The position numbers were made by a program, and so were the translations under genes. DNA of 64,000 nt from NCBI RefSeq assembly GCF_020745735.1, contig NC_083409.1, positions 10,405,534 to 10,469,533 of the forward strand. The letters run 5' to 3'. A model generated the notes under the pieces. That model saw only the letters and a program-made list of their open reading frames with translations, was not told where the DNA came from and made no database searches. This document shows, piece after piece, positions 62,240 through 64,000 of the stretch (positions are counted from its first letter, which is position 1; each line of letters starts with the position of its first letter). This DNA is from Hemiscyllium ocellatum. Its lineage: Eukaryota.

Positions 62240-63335
62240 AATGAGGTGATTCTGAGGAGACTACAGAAAGAGGGAGGGTGGAGGACAGAGAGCATGCTTA
62301 AGAACAAGGATCAGAGTTTGAATATTGAAGTATTGCTGACCGGAGGTCAATGTCAGTCAGTGAGCACAGGGGAAATGGGGGAATGGGACTTGGTGCAACT
62401 TCAGATACACTCAGCAGAGTTTGGGATGAGCTGACATTTATGGAGGGGATTGGCTGTGATGTGGGCCAGGTTAACATTGGAATGATCATGTTTCAAGTTC
62501 CAAAGACATGACGAGGTTTTCAGTGGCTTATCTTTGTGATGTGGGCCACAGATCAACCTCAAAGATGAGGCCAAAGTTGTAAAGACATGGCTGAGCAGTA
62601 GACATTGCTCAGGGAGAGGGATAGAGTTTGTATCATGAGCTGAAGAGGATGGGTGTGACCTTCCGAATATGTTTCCCAGTGAGCCTGGCTCCTCAGTCCT
62701 GACTGCTCTTAGCTGCTGTGATTGTCACTGACTGGACACTTATTATTAGAGATTCTGACCACAGCAGAAAGCCCCAGTGTAAAAAATAATTGCAAAGACT
62801 GTCAGATCGCAAGGTTGAAACTTCATCAAGAGAGGAAGTGAAAGAAGGAGTTCAAAGCAGCTGGATGTTTGTTACTGAGACGGGAGAAATCTGTGAACTA
62901 TCTGTACTCCCTGGAATCTTACAGCACAGGAGGAGGCCATTCAGCCCATTGAGTCTGTGAGTGACCCAATTAGTCCCACTGCTGCTCGCTTTCCCCATAA
63001 CTCAGCAAATCTTTCCTTTTCAGATCGATCTCCAATTGCCTCTTGTAGACTTGGGTCCACAGCAGACACTGCCCCGAACCTGGGCTCCAAACTGGCATCT
63101 CATTCATTGTTGGGAGACAACCTGCCCGGGCTGGGAAATGGGGCTCAGGACACTGAACATTCCTTCTCCCCTCCTGAGGGACACTTATACTAGGGGACAG
63201 CTCTGTGAGCACAAACAGTACATTCCGACCTCATCAACTTTCCCGTTCAATATGTGGAAGGCTGGACCATGTCAGCAGGGCATTCAATGACAGGAGCCAT
63301 CATCACTCTGTAACATCTGTCCCAATGTTTTAAAA
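62240..63335 (+). repeat. Paralogous copy of the region upstream of the V (17420-18325 plus 20520-20680)
   Basis: Collinear homology; near-identical core at 62670-62940 with GGAAGTGAAA 62834-62843 and CAGCTG 62858-62863. Confidence 0.85.
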
Positions 63336-63905
63336 CTTGCTTCATGGCGCAAGTCAGGAGTGTCGTGGAATATTCCCCACTTGCCTGGTTGGTACAACTC
63401 TAACAACACTTATGAAGCTTAATCCAGGACAAAGCAGCCTGCTTGATTGGCACCACATGTACAAACATCTACTCCCTTCACCACTGACGCTCAGTCGCAA
63501 CACTGTTTCATATCTACAAGACACATTGTGCAAATTCATCAACGTTCCGCAGACAGCACCTTACAAACCCATGACCACTTCCATCTAGAAGGTCAAGGGC
63601 CACAGATGCATGGGAGCACCACCCCTTGCAAATTCTATCCTGACTTGGATACATGTTGTTCCTTCGCTGTGGCTTGGTCAAAATCCTGGAAATCCCTCCT
63701 TAAGGGCATTGTGGACCTCCCCACAGCACATGGATTGCGTCAGTTCAAGGAGGCAGCTCATCACCACTTTCTCAAGGGTAACTAAGGATAAGCAATAAAG
63801 ACTGGCTCAGACATTGACACCCACATACTGTGAATGAATTTAAATAATTTATTAAAACACAGCAGCTTGATTAGGAAATGGAGTTCAAGGTTTCCCTGCC
63901 ATCCT

Positions 63906-64000
63906 GAGATCCATGTTTTCCAGTGTATGTTGGATGTTCATTGAGAAGGAGATCCATGTTTACCAGTATGTATTGGAGGGTCATATGGGAAGGAGATCCA
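63906..64000. repeat. Minisatellite with a 43-44 bp unit, runs off the window end
   Basis: GAGATCCA recurs at 63906, 63949 and 63993 with similar intervening sequence. Confidence 0.75.

Noticed and set aside
1-64000. CRISPR arrays, rRNA or prokaryotic systems
   Set aside because: The sequence is eukaryotic and no repeat-spacer array or rRNA-like segment was seen.

Overview
Vertebrate, repeat-dense DNA from a cartilaginous fish (shark; inferred from the Ig cluster organisation, the light-chain sequence type and HE1/SacSINE-type SINEs). It holds one complete, unrearranged immunoglobulin kappa (type III/NS4-like) light-chain cluster on the + strand: promoter, leader (22722-22770), V (22957-23253) with a 12-RSS, a 23-RSS with J (23757-23791), a 10.2-kb intron and C (34034-34362). 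Most of the rest is decayed CR1 LINEs, SINEs, a Gmr1-like Gypsy relic, a Penelope-like element with hammerhead-ribozyme-bearing derivatives, and two TA-flanked MITEs. Best candidates for novelty: (1) a minus-strand class I endogenous retrovirus (42876-48320) whose env region begins with a calcium-binding-EGF-like domain; (2) a conserved upstream block carrying an Ets-IRF composite element and an E-box, found 4.7 kb upstream of the V and again about 45 kb downstream, which predicts a candidate enhancer and a neighbouring cluster; (3) an orphan CpG-island promoter with four regularly spaced NRF1-type sites; (4) a possible highly decayed second V-like exon on the minus strand. All calls were read and translated by eye, and repeat boundaries are approximate.
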